A DNA stretch of 64,000 bases from Lepidodermella squamata (taxonomy: Eukaryota; Animalia; Gastrotricha): contig JBLDXI010000024.1 in assembly GCA_047495785.1 (NCBI GenBank), positions 2,728,001 through 2,792,000 of the forward strand, written 5' to 3'. The notes beneath the pieces were generated by a model. That model made no database searches, was not told the origin of the DNA, and worked only from the letters and a program-made list of their open reading frames with translations. The translations under genes and the position numbers were made by a program. Numbering within the stretch: the stretch's first letter is position 1; each line of letters begins with the position of its first letter. This document shows, piece after piece, positions 12,150 through 24,315 of the stretch.

Positions 12150-14892
12150 ATGATAAAACTGATAGCTATTTTTCTACATCTACCAATTCTGGCCGCTAAG
12201 CCGAATGAGGATTGGGTTGCCAGGCCAGAATTTGCGAACATGTTGCCATCAACATTGAGTCCAATATTCGAAGTGGAGGCAAAAATTTCCGGGGAATGCT
12301 TCGTCTACTGCCAGATGAAGGACTGTGACAGCGTAGCGTACAGTAACTCATTCAAGACATGCAAGCTGTATCAACATCCACCTAACGTGACAACGCCTCT
12401 TCCACCCCTGAGACCCGATCTCAATTTTCAGCACCAGATGTACCACAAGCGACAGTTTTGTCCACCTGATTGGGTTATTGACCCTGATAGCAATATCTGC
12501 TATTACATGAATGGAATGAACACCATGGTTGATCGCAACTCGGCATGGAAGATTTGTGAAGAAGCGCATGGTTCAGTTCTCGTGACGTTTGAAACACCTG
12601 AGCAGCGATCCTTTCTATACTCGGTTGGTTTGAAAATCACCATTCCCATTTGTTCCAAGAACCTATCTAACGAATTTGTCTAGGTACTCAAAAACAGCTA
12701 CAGCACTATTTCGAAGTGGTGGACTGGCTACGCTTTGTTTGACTAGAATCTTTGGAGCCGCCCTGTTGAGGAAATCAGTGGCTACGTCAAACGGAGAGGT
12801 GATTGTATGGGGAATGATATAACAACGCCAGCGTGCCAATTAGTTTCAGGCCCTCAACAGTGCGCAGATCGCTGCAATCGAATATATGGCAGCCAATGTG
12901 TTGCGTTCACTTACCTAAAATTAACCAAAATGTGCTGCCTGAAGTACAGTTCTTGTGAGAATCCTACAGCGGATCCGACATGGGAGTTCTGGATTTACGA
13001 TAAAGTTAACTCTGACCGCCCGCCAAGTTACTCCACCACCGTCCAGTGTGGCAATATTGACATCAAATCAATACCAAACACTACTTTTAAGCAGTGCAGG
13101 GATGCTTGCCAGGCAACCATGGGCTGCATTTCATTTACGTTCTACTTGGGTACTTGCTATCCGAAGTACAAGTCATGCTATGACATTGCTAAGACCGCAG
13201 CTGCGAATATGGTCTTCTACGAATACGGCATCACCAACCCGGGCGTCTGTCCATTCGGTCAGCGTTACAGGGACGTCTGCCTCGCCCTCCATAAATCGTT
13301 TACCTCTTTTTACGCGGCAGCTACGAATTGCCGCAAAATGGGTGGGAAATTGATTACCCCGATCGGATTAACGAAGCAAGCACTTGTTTGGCATTACATG
13401 AAAAGACTTCCAACAGCAAGACATGGATGGATTGATTGGCTGGATGATGGCCACGAGGGCAATTGGACTACTATCGATGCCAGCTTAACGCTGATAGATT
13501 CATTCTACGATCGATGGCGTTGGTATTCAGGGTGAACTTGTTCCACTGAAATTTGAATTTGAAAACAATTTAAATACTTTGAACACAGAGAACCCAATGG
13601 CGGTACAAATGAAAACATGGGTGCGTTATACTACGACAGAACGGATACATATTATGGTTATTCAGTCAATTCGGTCATTGACTATGGTGGAAGTATTGCA
13701 CAGCTATGGCCCATTTGCGAAACGCGTAATACAACTTGCCGCCCTTGAGAAATTTGTCATGTCTGAGGTGTTTGTTTTAAGCTATTTCAATGTCATGGCC
13801 TGATTCTTGCCGTTTCACACCGAATGGCCGCGAATATTACGGAACTGTATCTCAAACTGTTAGCGGGGTGACTTGCAGGACTTGGGACCATGCTAACAAT
13901 ACATACAGGGCGAAGTGGCAAGCCTACCCAGACTGGTACGTCACCCAGTCGTACTGCCGCAATCCGGATCCGGGCCTATTCAACAACAGCGTTTGGTGTT
14001 ATAGGAGCGACAACGGCCAACCAGAGGCCTGCGACGTACCCATGTGCCGTAAGGAATATTTCGTTTCATAAGGGAACAAGCGAGCTTTCAAGATTCGCGC
14101 TACTGAATCGTATAGAGAGTATGAAGTGATGCGAATTGAACCACCTAGCTCGAGAGGATAATCCGAAAAGACCGCAAAGGGGGTTCTTTTACCTAAACAT
14201 GACATTGGTGATAAAAGCACCTGGTCTGGCGCCAGATTCCCTTTGGTGCCTTTATCGAAGGAGTATCGCGAACATTTTCTATTTTATAGCTGAATCTGAC
14301 TGGGCTAATGGGCAGATTTTCAACAGCGTCTTTTACCCGCATGCTGCCATTTCGAGTTCGCCCACAGCTTCAGATGGCTACGACTGGACCACGGAACCTT
14401 TGACTGGCTCAGCTAACGCTTTGTGCAAAATGAAAGCTGAAGATTGGTGCCCGTACTACTTTAAAGGCAGTTGTTACAAGATCTACACCATCTTAGCAAC
14501 TTACGATGAGGCCAGCGCAATTTGCAAGAAAAACAACTGGCACCTGGTTTCGATTACCACCTACGACGAACAGAAGTTCGTTCAGAGTTTTACAATGTCA
14601 GCAGGAAGTGAGTTATAATAATGAAATCCATTATTGTATAAAACTGTCTACGATCGCAGGAATGTATTTCAACCCAGACTTTTTTTGGATCGGAATGCGA
14701 AATTCAGGGAATGTTCCGTATTCAACTTAAGACAACGGCGAGGCGGCAACGGTTGTTTACTATGAACCAGGCGAGCCTAATGACGGTGGCATTTCTTGTG
14801 CTGGCATTTGGCAGGGCAGAACTGGCTTGTGGGTTGATACTACTTGTTCCGCCAAGAGCTTTTTCATCTGCGAAACTGAGATCGGCAAATGA
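12150..14892 (+). pseudogene. Mosaic lectin copy 3, disabled
   Basis: Same six-exon layout, with in-frame TAG at 12744-12746 (TCA/TCG Ser in the paralogues) and TAA at 14728-14730 (TGG Trp in the paralogues). Confidence 0.85.
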
Positions 14893-15217
14893 CATATTTT
14901 CCATGACATTATCAAGACTTTGAAACGCATTCTGCAGCCATTTTGTATGGAATATGTAGCTTCAGAGTTATTCCCGATTTTATTTTCAATTTTTGAGTGG
15001 TCTGCTCTAGTGCCAGTTACCATGCAACCTTAGTGATTGAAACTCACATACCACCTATGTAGTGAGAAATCCAAGAGTTTAGTTTGTATCCTATTACTCT
15101 CTTATACGATGGTACAAGTTGTACAAGATTATAGTTATTCAATAAAGATCCACTAGAATCTCGACAATTCTTCCTCTACTGGTTACAAATCTATTGCAAT
15201 CTTCAGATCAATTTTGT

Positions 15218-16588
15218 TCATTTACTTCTCAAATATATAGGCCGATAGTCACAATAACAAAGGTAATCGATTAACGGTTTAGGAATTTCAAGGCTATTAA
15301 CTTTTTCCGCGATATTAGGCGGGTTTACATTCATAATTATCGCACGCCTCGCTAGGCTTTGAAGACTCGGCAAATTTCTGGAAAAATAGTTACCCAGAAC
15401 AGTCAGCCAAGATGCAATAATTTGCGGCCGTCGCGATGCAAACTGGTATAAACCACGGCCGTCAGTCCTGGATAGATAACTCGGCTTTGAAAGCGATTCG
15501 ACGATTAATTCTAAGAAAAACGTCGGGCTACCCCAGATTTCACGGCAAATTTCCTCCTGATCCAAGTTCCAAACAGTCGAGGATTGGGCTAGCAGCCCTA
15601 AAACATCGGTAATCTCCGGAATTCTCGCCCCGTTCCGAAGAAGTGGTAAAATTCCATTTTGAACAAGTTGACCTAGTTTCCGGGACAGGTCAGTTGAAGT
15701 AAGCGTAACTTGCCAATTAATCGCATTAGCCATGACCTTTGTCAATAGAAAATTCATTTCAAATCCGAAACTTTCGACTTCAAGGATAGATTCAGCTTTA
15801 GCGAGAAGAAAATCAGCAGCTTCAGAACTCACAATCGCAACTTGGCTGAACCAATTTTCCAATAAAGCTGGGAAAGAAACCGATTCGGCGTTGAAATTCG
15901 TTGCCGAATAAATTTCTCTGAAAATCGACAACAAATTCTGAACTTCAGGTGAAGATTCTGGAACAAATCGGCGTGAAGCGAATCGGGTGAATTGGTCCAA
16001 TAAAACCAGGCAGGGCCGTGTCCTAGTTACAGGACAAAGGCCTTCAATTGGACTAACGCCATAATTCAAACATATTTCGACGCCTTCTCGAAATTGGAGG
16101 CATATAGTATGAAGTAATAGATGAGTCGTCAAGCAACTGGGTAATTCCTTTCCCGATAGGATTGATTTCAATAAATCGGGACTCTTCGTGAAAATCGCCA
16201 AATAAAGAAGTGCAAAAATTCTGTGATCGAAATTGTTCGCTGAAGGCAGGAAATTCTCGAAATTTTCGAATTCGACGCTCAATTCGGCTATTGTTAGGCC
16301 ACAAGTGCTTAGAATCGAGTCGAGTTGAGCTGATTCCAGTTGAGTTTGATTCGGGAGCTTCATATCACATCTCAGCCACGAATCGACCAAATCGGCAAGG
16401 TCATTGTTACTGCTCAGAATATTTCCTTGAATTTTAAATAAAATGTCCTCAATAGCTTCGATGACTTTTTCTTGGAAATTCGGTTCGTTTTTGACGAATT
16501 CGACTGTTTTGCATAGGCCATGGCATCGAAGCGAGCCGTGACCCTTCGCAAAATTTATAGGCCGTTCGCTTAATTCGAAAAGGGACAT
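15218..16588 (-). CDS. Intronless ankyrin-like repeat + C-terminal SOCS-box protein (ASB-like E3 adaptor)
   Basis: 456-aa ORF. SOCS box LPSLQSLARRAI..KVNSLEIPKPLIDYL, degenerate ankyrin segment LLLHTICLQFREGVEICLNYGVSP. Confidence 0.75.
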   Translation of the reverse strand: MSLFELSERPINFAKGHGSLRCHGLCKTVEFVKNEPNFQEKVIEAIEDILFKIQGNILSSNNDLADLVDSWLRCDMKLPNQTQLESAQLDSILSTCGLTIAELSVEFENFENFLPSANNFDHRIFALLYLAIFTKSPDLLKSILSGKELPSCLTTHLLLHTICLQFREGVEICLNYGVSPIEGLCPVTRTRPCLVLLDQFTRFASRRFVPESSPEVQNLLSIFREIYSATNFNAESVSFPALLENWFSQVAIVSSEAADFLLAKAESILEVESFGFEMNFLLTKVMANAINWQVTLTSTDLSRKLGQLVQNGILPLLRNGARIPEITDVLGLLAQSSTVWNLDQEEICREIWGSPTFFLELIVESLSKPSYLSRTDGRGLYQFASRRPQIIASWLTVLGNYFSRNLPSLQSLARRAIIMNVNPPNIAEKVNSLEIPKPLIDYLCYCDYRPIYLRSK

Positions 16589-16633
16589 TTAATTTCCAAA
16601 TTTTGAAAAATCTATAATTAAAAATACATGCGA

Positions 16634-17953
16634 TCAAATGTCAAGTTTAAACTCTTGAAAATTCAAATAATCACTGAGAAGTAAAGGTAGGCCTAAATCT
16701 TCAATAGCCTTCATTCTTTGATTGAGACCAATCGGCAATCGATTCACAATTATCGATCGAGCGATGTTTTGAAGCCGGCCATCAATAAACCGCCGCCGGG
16801 TCAAAATAGTACCGATCTCCGGGCCAGCCATATTAACCAGCTCGAACCCGGTCAAACCCGGACTAACCCGATGAACCCGGCTTGAAAAATCCAGCAACGC
16901 CTCGCTTAGGAAAACGATTAAAAACCCGGATTTCGGAGAAAAATCTGCGTGAAATTTTGAAATTGCCATAAATTCGCAACCAGGGCACGATTTCAAGCCG
17001 TCAATCCTTACGCCAGATTGAAGTAAGGGCAGGGTTAAGCTCGACATTAATTTAGCAGTTTCGGAGCCTGCTGATCGTTGAGGCAATCCAGTTGCTGTAA
17101 ATAGAAGCTTAAACATGGCCCATATTGCTTGCCATAACATTTTCCCAACGCGGCTTGGTTTCCGAAAATCGATCGATTGAAAGCGAATCGAGGCTGATTT
17201 TATCAAAAGCAGGCACGTTTCATTGCTAGCTTTCAGGGCAAAATTTCTCAATCGAGGGAAATCTACGAATAACTCCTCGAATTTAAATTTTTCCGCATCG
17301 ATTTTACCCAAAATTAGCCGAAAAATTGCCTCGGAATATTCATCATTTTCGCTCGAAGCCAGAATATCGAGACTGTGGGCCAAGGGCGTGAAAGAAAATT
17401 CGTTCGAGTACAGCGGATCGCATAACGGGGCTCCATTTTCCAGTAGAATTTCAACGCCTTGCAAAAATCGATTTTTTATCGATTGATACAATAAATGAGC
17501 CAGCATACAGCTTGGAATTTGACTTTTAACTTCTTTTAATGCCAGAATTTTCTTTAAAATTTCGTAATTACGACAAACAATGCAGAGATTGAGGCAAATC
17601 ATTGCTTCAGCGTCGTAATTTTCGACATTTTCCCGTGAAATTTCTAATAATTCTTGGGAAATTTCTTTAATCAGCGAGGCTGGCACTCTTCCCTTTGGAT
17701 AGTAGCCAATTAACAAGCCATTAGCTCCATTTGAAGAAATCACTTGCCGGTAAATTTCCGTAAAATTCGCGTGTAAAATGTCGCTGCCAACCAGATAAGA
17801 CCATTTAACGATATAGATTTGCCGATTGCTGTGCCGTTTTGTCAATTCGTGGGTCAAGTTGTCGGCCGATGTAATAAATTGGTCGTATAATTGCGGCGAG
17901 GTCGTGGTGTTGAAGGCGCATTTGCCCTGACATATCATATCAGCGTGAGCCAT
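16634..17953 (-). CDS. Intronless ankyrin-like repeat + SOCS-box protein, paralogue of the neighbour
   Basis: 439-aa ORF. SOCS box RLQNIARSII..IEDLGLPLLLSDYL. PSC..HLL..I..F.GVEI.L.G.P motif shared with 15218-16588. Confidence 0.75.
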   Translation of the reverse strand: MAHADMICQGKCAFNTTTSPQLYDQFITSADNLTHELTKRHSNRQIYIVKWSYLVGSDILHANFTEIYRQVISSNGANGLLIGYYPKGRVPASLIKEISQELLEISRENVENYDAEAMICLNLCIVCRNYEILKKILALKEVKSQIPSCMLAHLLYQSIKNRFLQGVEILLENGAPLCDPLYSNEFSFTPLAHSLDILASSENDEYSEAIFRLILGKIDAEKFKFEELFVDFPRLRNFALKASNETCLLLIKSASIRFQSIDFRKPSRVGKMLWQAIWAMFKLLFTATGLPQRSAGSETAKLMSSLTLPLLQSGVRIDGLKSCPGCEFMAISKFHADFSPKSGFLIVFLSEALLDFSSRVHRVSPGLTGFELVNMAGPEIGTILTRRRFIDGRLQNIARSIIVNRLPIGLNQRMKAIEDLGLPLLLSDYLNFQEFKLDI

Positions 17954-18872
17954 AGTAATAAAAGTGGAATGATAAAATCAGAGATGCACTACGTTGAAAT
18001 TAATGAATGAAATATTTGAGTACAAACTTTGAGTCACGTGATCTTATTTCGAGCCAACTCGTGGATAATTAAAAGAGACAAAGATCATTTTTCGGGGACA
18101 ACTTGTCATAGCCATGGAATAGTTCAAAACGCCTGATACCAAAAAATGTGCCGTGAAATGCTGCAAATTCTTGAGCCATTCACGTCCGAAATTTACCTTT
18201 TCGTATGACGGAGTTATTAATTTCTGGCAGACAGGTGTGATTATTTGAGAGGTACCAAATTGAATTTATTGATTCTTACGATGAAAGAAACAAAAGGAAC
18301 AGATTGTGTGTGTGCGTGTGTTTACTTTTGCGCAAAGCCCCTTTTTTATTTGACCACTCTTAAAAATAATCAAAATTGTTTTCAATCACCAAAAATCAGG
18401 TAAAATTCCTAAAATCACCGAAATTTGCAGATAAATCGGAAATAAACTTTCACACCTTTGCCTCAATTATCGTAAATTTCTGAATGAAGACTGATTTTAA
18501 TCCTCGAAAAACATGACCTTACAAAATACACGGTGCTTTTTTTTAAATAAAGCATTACTTATTGCACTTGGCACCTAAGTCAGATTATTTTGCTATTTGC
18601 GCGTTTTGAAAATTTTAGCTCTGAGTGCAAGCCCAAACTCGCTGCACAGTTTTATATAAACTTTTAAAATTTCAAAAGCTTGCATTTTCGGGTAAAGGTT
18701 TCCAGGGCATCTGCTCGATTTTCAGGTATCTTCGATAAGGACAAGGAACAAATCGAATAGCTACTTCTTATTTTCTATGCTTTGTCTTTAAAGAAATATA
18801 AAAGCAAGGTAATTTCTTATAACAACAAACAGCAGCATCTAACTGAGCACAACGTGTCTTTATAAATGGCTA

Positions 18873-18920
18873 TAGAACAGTCTAGAACATGGAAGGTTCT
18901 CGAATATTCTCGAATGTTCT
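18873..18920. promoter_or_regulatory. Heat-shock element array
   Basis: 18891-18920 = gGAAg gTTCt cGAAt aTTCt cGAAt gTTCt, six perfect alternating nGAAn units. Extra units at 18873-18890 and about 18950-18965. tttataaa at 18859-18866. Confidence 0.8.
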
Positions 18921-19701
18921 GGACCTGGAATTTTCAGGCATTCGTAGTCTAGAAACTTCCGAATTCTGAATTCTCCGTCAACAACTGTCCTAATTTGTTA
19001 TGACATGAAAATCAGCCGGCCTTAACTTCGACTCCAAGGGCGAATCTTCATGGCTCGAATTAAGCAAATTGTTCAAGGTTCCACATATACCCCTACGTTT
19101 AATGTTAAATTATTGCTTAAAAAAATCAAGGGAAAATATTAAAATTTTCAAATTTTCAGGAAAATCAGGAATCTTTCTTTGTCTAATTTCGGCATTTTTT
19201 AGCTCACCGGACACCACTGCGATCGAAAAGTCTGATCAGAAGTCGAAGAATGTTTTCTTTTAATTTGAAAAAAAATATTAAAAAAGTGTAAAAAATCATG
19301 ATACACATGATACACATCAAGTGTAAAAAAGATCAATAATTTTATTTCAGATTTATTGATTGAATAATAATTTTTTCATAACGATAGCGCGATCGGGTTA
19401 CTTCAACTCCAGGACAAAGAATTCCAATTTTTTTCTCTAGCCCTTTTCTCTTTTTCTGTGCGCGATGAATCTTTGAAATGAATGAAAAAAATGAAATCTA
19501 GCTATTACGCAATAGCAGAGGCTCATTACGATTGTTGAGTGAGCTTGGCTGGTCGTCATGAAATCGATGACAATCGACGCGACTCGTAACAGCAACCCAT
19601 CAAATAGTGACCTCTGTAATTCTGGAAACAATTCGCTTCATTCATCATTTTTCACACAACAATTTTACTCACATTTGTTTTAGCCTCTCATCGATACAAG
19701 C

Positions 19702-22700
19702 ATGGAAAAGGTAAATTTATCGGCGATTCTGCCAGCCTGAATTTGTGTGTAAATTTCAGTTGTTTCAAAAGGTTTTTCATCATCAAAAGTCGTCGTCCAA
19801 GAAGAAACACGATAAGCAACAGCACGAAAAGTTGGAAGAACAGCGACCCGAAAAGGCCGAACAAGAAACAACTGAAGTGCCGGTCGAGCAGAAAGAACAC
19901 GCCGTGCCGAGCGAAATTCCGATCGTCACCCAGACGACTGAGCCCGTTGTCCTGCCATTCGAAGTCCCGATTGCGATTCCGCCCCATCAGGTCAGTGGTA
20001 CTCAGCAAATCGAGCTCAATATGGGCCAGGTCTTGCAAGGCGCCTTAGCTGGTCAACCGATCGACCTTACGGCGCAAGGTCAAGCTCAAGAGGTGCCTGT
20101 CCACGTTGTAGAAGGTCGAACTGAAGGTGAAGCTGAGGGCGAGGTTCAGCTTGAAGGTCAAGAAGGTCGAATGGGCGGTCAAACCCAGCTTGAAGGTCGA
20201 GATCTCGAAGGTCAAGCTCAGGATGTGCCTGTCAACGTTGAAGAAGGTCAAATCGAAGGTCAAGGTCAAAGCGAGGCCGAGGTTCACCTTGAAGGTCAAG
20301 AAGGCCGAATGGGTGGTCAAATTCAGCTTGAAGGTCGAGATCTCGAAGGTCAAGCTCAGGATGTGCCTGTCAACGTTGAAGAAGGTCAAATCGAAGGTCA
20401 AGGTCAAAGCGAGGCCGAGGTCCACCTTGAAGGTCAAGAAGGCCGAATGGGTGGTCAAATTCAGCTTGAAGGTCGAGATCTCGAAGGTCAAGCTCAGGAT
20501 GTGCCTGTCAACGTTGAAGAAGGTCAAATCGAAGGTCAAGGTCAAAGCGAGGCCGAGGTCCACCTTGAAGGTCAAGAAGGCCGAATGGGCGGTCAAATTC
20601 AGCTTGAAGGTCAAGGTCTCGAAGGTCAAGGCCAAATTGGTGGAGAAAGCCGCCTAGAAGGTCAAGAAGGCCAATTGGCCGGCGAAGTCAAGCTTGAAGG
20701 TGAAGATCGGGTCACGGAGAAGCAAGAGCAGGAGGTGTGGGAGAAGCCGATGTCCTACGCTGAGGCCGTGACAAAGCCTGAAAAGCTGACGGAGGAAGGT
20801 CGCGGAATTGGGTTCGTAGGTGGCGAAAGGTCGCGAGGCCCGGGCGGTGATTTGACCGGCGGTCCGATGGAAGCCCAGCCGTCACTCATTGCGCAGCTGG
20901 AACCCGATGAGGAGGCGCCGTCAAGTTCGGGCGCGGTTAACCTGCCCCCGTCACCCCCAGCTGAGGAAGAGCGCGGTGGTCGCGGCGAGCTGATGGAGCA
21001 GCAACCAATGGCTGGCCCTGCGATCGAAATAGCTGGTCAAGAGGGTGAAGAAAGCGGCGTCGAAATGGGTGAAGAAGCCGGAGCTGAGCTGGACCAGCCT
21101 AGTGGCGGCATCGAGGCCGAAGAATTGGCGCCCCTTCAAGCCCTGTCGGCGGAGGACATGAAGCCGGGTCTCGAGTTCACGAAGGCGCCGGAAAATATCC
21201 CGGAGTACCATTCTACTCAGGAAGAACAACATAAATCGGAGCAGGGTGAGACAAAAGCCGGCCTCGATTTCTCCGAAGCACCCGAGCGTGACCAGGGTGT
21301 CCGAGCGGAGCAGCCCAAGCCTGAGGAACACCGCGAAGTCGAGGAGCAGCAGCAGCCGAAGACCGAGGAGTTGAAGCCTGACGATTTGCTGTTGACACAG
21401 AAGAAGGAAGAAGAACAGCCGAAGAAAGAGGAGCTGAAGCCTGAAGATTGGCTGTTGAAGCCGCAGAATGAAGGAGAGCAGCCGAAATCTGAAGAGCCGC
21501 AGCCTATGGAGATTGGCGGTGAGGAGCAGGTTGAGCTACAGCGCCAGCCCGCCTACGATGAAAGCAAGCTGGTTCCGCAGCTTCGACTCTTAGGCATGGC
21601 TGGAGCTAAGCGCGAAAGGTCCGAGGTCAAGTCCGATATTCCGGAGTCGAAGCCCGAAGGTTTGTGAATTTTTTGAATTTTTTTGAATTTTCTGAAATTT
21701 TCTATTTTTTGTAGAACACCGAGCTGAGAGGCGGGACATTACTTCACAGACTGAAATTGAAGGTGGCGAGCAACAGAAGTCAGGTTAGATTTGGTTTTAG
21801 CCAGTTTTATCATGTTTACTATTTTATTTTTTCAGAGGAAAATGTTACCTACGGCTACACTGAAGGCGTTGTTCCGCAGCTGCGGCTTGAAGGCGTTGGC
21901 GAAGAAAAAGGCGAGCAGAAAGGTTCGAAATTTCGAAGTTTTTTTTTATCAATTTCTCACATTGTTTTTTTTCAGAATCTCGCGGCCTGGAACATGGCAC
22001 TGAGGAGAGCAAGGTGCACATCGAATACAGCAAAGGTCGGCTTGGTCAAATAAATTTTAATCATTTTTTTTTAAATTTTGCTGTTGGCAGCTGAACAACC
22101 GTCTCGTGAGCAACAGAAAACGTATGGCTACGAAGAAGGTGTTGTTCCTCAATTGCGAGCTGAAGGCCACCTTGAATCTCACAGAGGTAACATTTAATTC
22201 AAATTTTTTTTCGTGATTTTTCGATTTTGTTATTTTATAATTTTGCTAAAAAATTGTGAATTTAAAATTGATGGGATTTTAAAGAATTCGTAATTATAAT
22301 TCAGAACTACCCCCGGGACCCACGGCTGAAGAACGAATGCGCCTGCAACGCGCTGCCTTTCTCATCGAATTCCCACTAGCTGGCAAGTTATTCAAATAAT
22401 TTCTGAAAATTAAGAAAAATTAGTAAAATCTCAAATTTTCGGTTTTTGTTAGTTTTTTATTTTTCAAAATATATTCTGAATTTTTCCTATTTTTTAGCCG
22501 AAGGTCTTGGCGAGGAGAAGCCCGAAGAACGCCATCGCGAAGAGAAGAAGAAGCCCGAAGAACGCCACCGTAAAGAGAAGAAGCCCGAGGAACATCGAGA
22601 AGAGCGAAAGCTTGAAGAGCATCGCGAGGAGAAAGAAGAAAAGCCGGCAGAACATCGCGAAGTCAGACCTCAAGGCGAGGCGAAAGCCGAAGAACCGCCA

Positions 22701-24162
22701 GCTGCTCACCGCGAACAAGTCCCGATTCACAGCGAAGAGCCTGAACGGCCGAGCATTCAACAGGTGATCGAACACCTAGCCGAAGCTAGTGGTCAAAAGC
22801 CGGAGGACATGACGAAACAAATTCACGAACGCGTTGTGACCGAACTCACCGAAGGCCTGCGCGAAATGCAGGTCACGCAAAGTGAGCAGGACGTCAAAAA
22901 GCTGACGCAGGTCACCCAAGAGGTCACCCAGGGCGCTGAGAAGAAAAAGGGTGACAAAATTTGCGTGGTCACGGGCGCTGCTTCTGGCCTCGGCTACTCA
23001 TGCGTCAAGTCGATTTTGAAGCTCCACAACGACTGGATTGTCTACCTGTGCGATCGTGATGAAAGGTCTGGGCAGGATGCGATTCGTAAGCTGAACGATG
23101 AGTCGCAACTCACGGCGCGTTTCCACCCGCTTGACCCAGATTCAATGGTGTCGCTGCGCAACCTGCGTGACACGCTGAAGCAAGAACACGGCAACGACTG
23201 CATCCAGGTTCTGATCAACAACGTCGGCAAGTTTATCGACGTCCGCGCTGAAGGCTCTGGCTCGAATGATTTCCGCTTCGATCAGGCGCGTTTTGAAGAA
23301 ACGATCCGGTCGAATTATTTCAGCACCCTGGCCGTTTGCCTGGAGCTTTTCCCGCTGTTAAGCGATGACGCCAAGGTCATTTTCATCTCGAGCCGCTTCG
23401 CCCAGGTCGCCTTCATGCACACCAACGAAGTCATGCAGCAACGCTTGCGATCTTGCTATCGGGTAAAATTTCTACAATTTTCTGAAAAAATTCAAAATTC
23501 CTAAAAATTCGGGTTTTTTTGGAATTTTTGAAAATTTGAACATGAATGAAAATTTTTTGAAATTTTTTAAAAATTTTAAAAATTTAATTAAAATTTGACT
23601 TTTATGAAATTTTGTCCATTTTATCCTAATTTTTGAAATGTTTTCAGATTTAATTAAGAATTTGCAATTGTTCCGAAATTTTTCAACATTATCGAAATTT
23701 AATTTTTTGATATTTTTCTGAATTTTTCTGAATTTGTTTAATTATTCCCGACATTTTTCTCAGGTCGAGCAAGTCAGTGAGTTGATGGAGCTGTTTGTCT
23801 CAAGCGATTTGAGCGCGATTCAAAGCGGCGCCGGTTGGCTCGCCGTTTCGCCAATGATGCAAATCTACAACCAGTACACGCTCGGCTCAATTTACCCATT
23901 CGGCATTGCTAAACTCGGCGTCAACCTGCTCGCCAATTGCTACCAGCACCAGTTCGACGACGAGAAGTCCTGCAAGCAGGTGCAGGTCAACGCGTGCTGC
24001 CCGGGCATGGAAAGCGGCAAATCCGCCGATGAAGCCGTTGATACGGTCATGTGGCTTGTCGAACAGCCGCCCGAGTCGTCGATCCGAGGCAAATTCGGAG
24101 CTGACCGTAAAATTCTCGACAATTTGGTCATTGACACCAGCGGCCATCAAAGCTTGTTCTGA
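19702..24162 (+). CDS. Long acidic/disordered repeat protein with C-terminal carbonyl-reductase-type SDR domain. Exons about 19702-19710, 19760-21659, 21715-21783, 21836-21922, 21977-22034, 22091-22186, 22305-22382, 22498-23462, 23764-24162
   Basis: Phase-compatible splice sites link the E/Q/G-rich ORF to an SDR with VVTGAASGLG, LINNVG, NYFST..C..LFPLL, ISS and VNACCPG (CBR1-like). Confidence 0.75.
20078..20630 (+). repeat. 138-bp (46-aa) coding tandem repeat, about 4 copies
   Basis: gatctcgaagg recurs at 20201, 20339 and 20477. Unit GQAQDVPVNVEEGQIEGQGQSEAEVHLEGQEGRMGGQIQLEGRDLE, built from gaaggtcaa subrepeats. Confidence 0.95.
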
Positions 24163-24315
24163 GCGCTGAAATTTCAACAACGACGGACAATTTTAATCCC
24201 AGCTTTTTCCATCTTTTCACCTTTTTTATAGGCCCTGTAAAACATAACGTCTTGTAACAATAAAACAGGCAACTTGAAAAAAATCCGCATTTTTTTATTA
24301 AGGGGGAAGTTTTTA

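Noticed and set aside
18841-18846. TCAGTT initiator on the minus strand near the HSE
   Set aside because: Only about 20 nt from the TATA-like box, too close for canonical spacing
20045-20657. Long alternative-frame and antisense ORFs (K/V-rich and L/T/F-rich)
   Set aside because: Shadows of the stop-free 138-bp coding repeat
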